Source: Oikopleura dioica (lineage: Eukaryota > Animalia > Chordata). Taken from it: a stretch of 64,000 nt of DNA. The stretch is taken from positions 10,292,001 to 10,356,000 of the forward strand of contig OU015567.1 in NCBI GenBank assembly GCA_907165135.1. The letters are read 5' to 3'. Below, one piece after another: positions 62,899 to 64,000 of this stretch; positions within the stretch are counted from its first letter, which is position 1; each line of letters begins with the position of its first letter. The notes under the pieces were generated by a model. That model was given only the letters and a program-made list of their open reading frames with translations, searched no databases and was not told the DNA's origin. The position numbers and the translations under genes were made by a program.

Positions 62899-64000
62899 TT
62901 AAAGATGAATATTGTGCATATAACGAACTCGATGATTTCCATATTGATTTCTTCTCGCGGTGATTTCTTCCTCTCGAAGCTCATTCCTCGGTCTTCTTGG
63001 TTTAGGGATAGGGACGTGTTTTACAACTTCATTCGAATGAACATTTCTTTCAACGATATGTTTTTGTCTGATGCTTTCTTCAAACTCACGCTTTCGTGCT
63101 AATAATTGTCTATAAATAATCAAGTAGACCAAAAAAAACCTGTAACGACAGTCTGCGAAATCGAAAACAGGTATCGAAAGATGATGAAAACACTCGCATT
63201 GCTCATGAAGTTCCAGATAATAATGACTATTCGATAGATGGATAAAAGGTAATTATCATGCAGAAAGCTTGGGACTTACTAGGCGATGAATTTTGAAAAT
63301 AAATATAGTGACAGATTGAATTCTCGCCCTTCCTGTATCTGTGCCTGCAGAGAAGAAGGATGATGACATTAGATAATACACAGAATCGCCAAAGGACCAC
63401 CCTTCGATCTAATAATTTTCAATGTTACCTGATGAATTCGCTAAAAACTTCACCTGTGAAATAGCATTCGATGGTATAAGCACAAGAAAGCAAACCCAAA
63501 ATGAAATAAGAAAAAGTACAAAACCAACGTGAATTCTATACTTTTTATCAGACGAATAATTCTTCCCAAGCTTGTCAGCGTAATTATTAACCTTCGCAAG
63601 AACAAATGAAGAAATTGAGAAATATAAAGCCAGGAAAGCGCAGATGCCAACAAGCGAATAAAAAACCTTGAAAACCTTTCCCGATGTTGTGAAGGGCTCC
63701 ATGTCTTTGCTCCCCAAAACGGCGATAGTATTGAAAACGTAGAAAAGAGAGTTTTTGTAATTCCAGAAATTCGGACAAGTGAATGTTCCATTTTCAGTGC
63801 CATAAGAAGGAACGAAGTTTTGGAGCGAATCGTGTATTTTCTTTTCCGGCTGAAGATAGGAGTCTGTTCCGTAAATCGATCCGTTCATCATCCTCTTTGG
63901 AACCCGACAATCCAAATATTTTTCAAGAGTACTTTCAAGATTGGCCCCACAGGTGTCTATCTTCTCCGATTGATCTTCAACCAGCTTTTCTTTGTTGATA
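62899..64000 (-). CDS. Two-pore-domain K+ channel (K2P/KCNK) homolog with atypical pore loops; 5' end outside window
   Basis: WNYKNSLFYVFNTIAVLG..P.T.SGKVFKVFYSLVGI (P1/M2); EGWSFGDSVYY (P2); YRIVIIIW (M4); cap region with Cys. Confidence 0.8.

Overview
This is eukaryotic nuclear DNA: gene-dense, with very short introns (mostly 35-70 nt), at least one GA-AG intron, and unpaired splice acceptors just before start codons. That fits an appendicularian tunicate such as Oikopleura dioica (inferred, not verified). The left half is a run of minus-strand housekeeping genes: RRN3, CCT2, an ERK-type MAPK, RBM5/10, an ARHGEF10-like RhoGEF, STAM and an ankyrin-repeat protein. The middle holds a predicted 120-aa secreted precursor, a DPY19 C-mannosyltransferase, a head-to-head pair of small membrane-protein paralogs and a head-to-head pair of DEG/ENaC (ASIC-like) channels. 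The right part is one giant (~16 kb, roughly 5,000 aa) mucin-like mosaic gene, then a ZAR1/ZCCHC24-like zinc-finger ORF and a two-pore K+ channel homolog. Six non-autonomous TIR elements (hAT-, Tc1/mariner-, piggyBac- and foldback/MULE-like) are delimited by terminal repeats and target-site duplications; one carries a 289-bp near-perfect hairpin. The most interesting leads are the giant mosaic protein with its CX3C-CX3C repeat module, the K2P homolog lacking both K+ filter motifs, and the DEG/ENaC pair with E18' replaced by R and Q. No tRNA, rRNA, CRISPR array or transposase was recognised. Gene identities come from motifs recalled from known proteins and exon boundaries were placed by eye; no searches were run.
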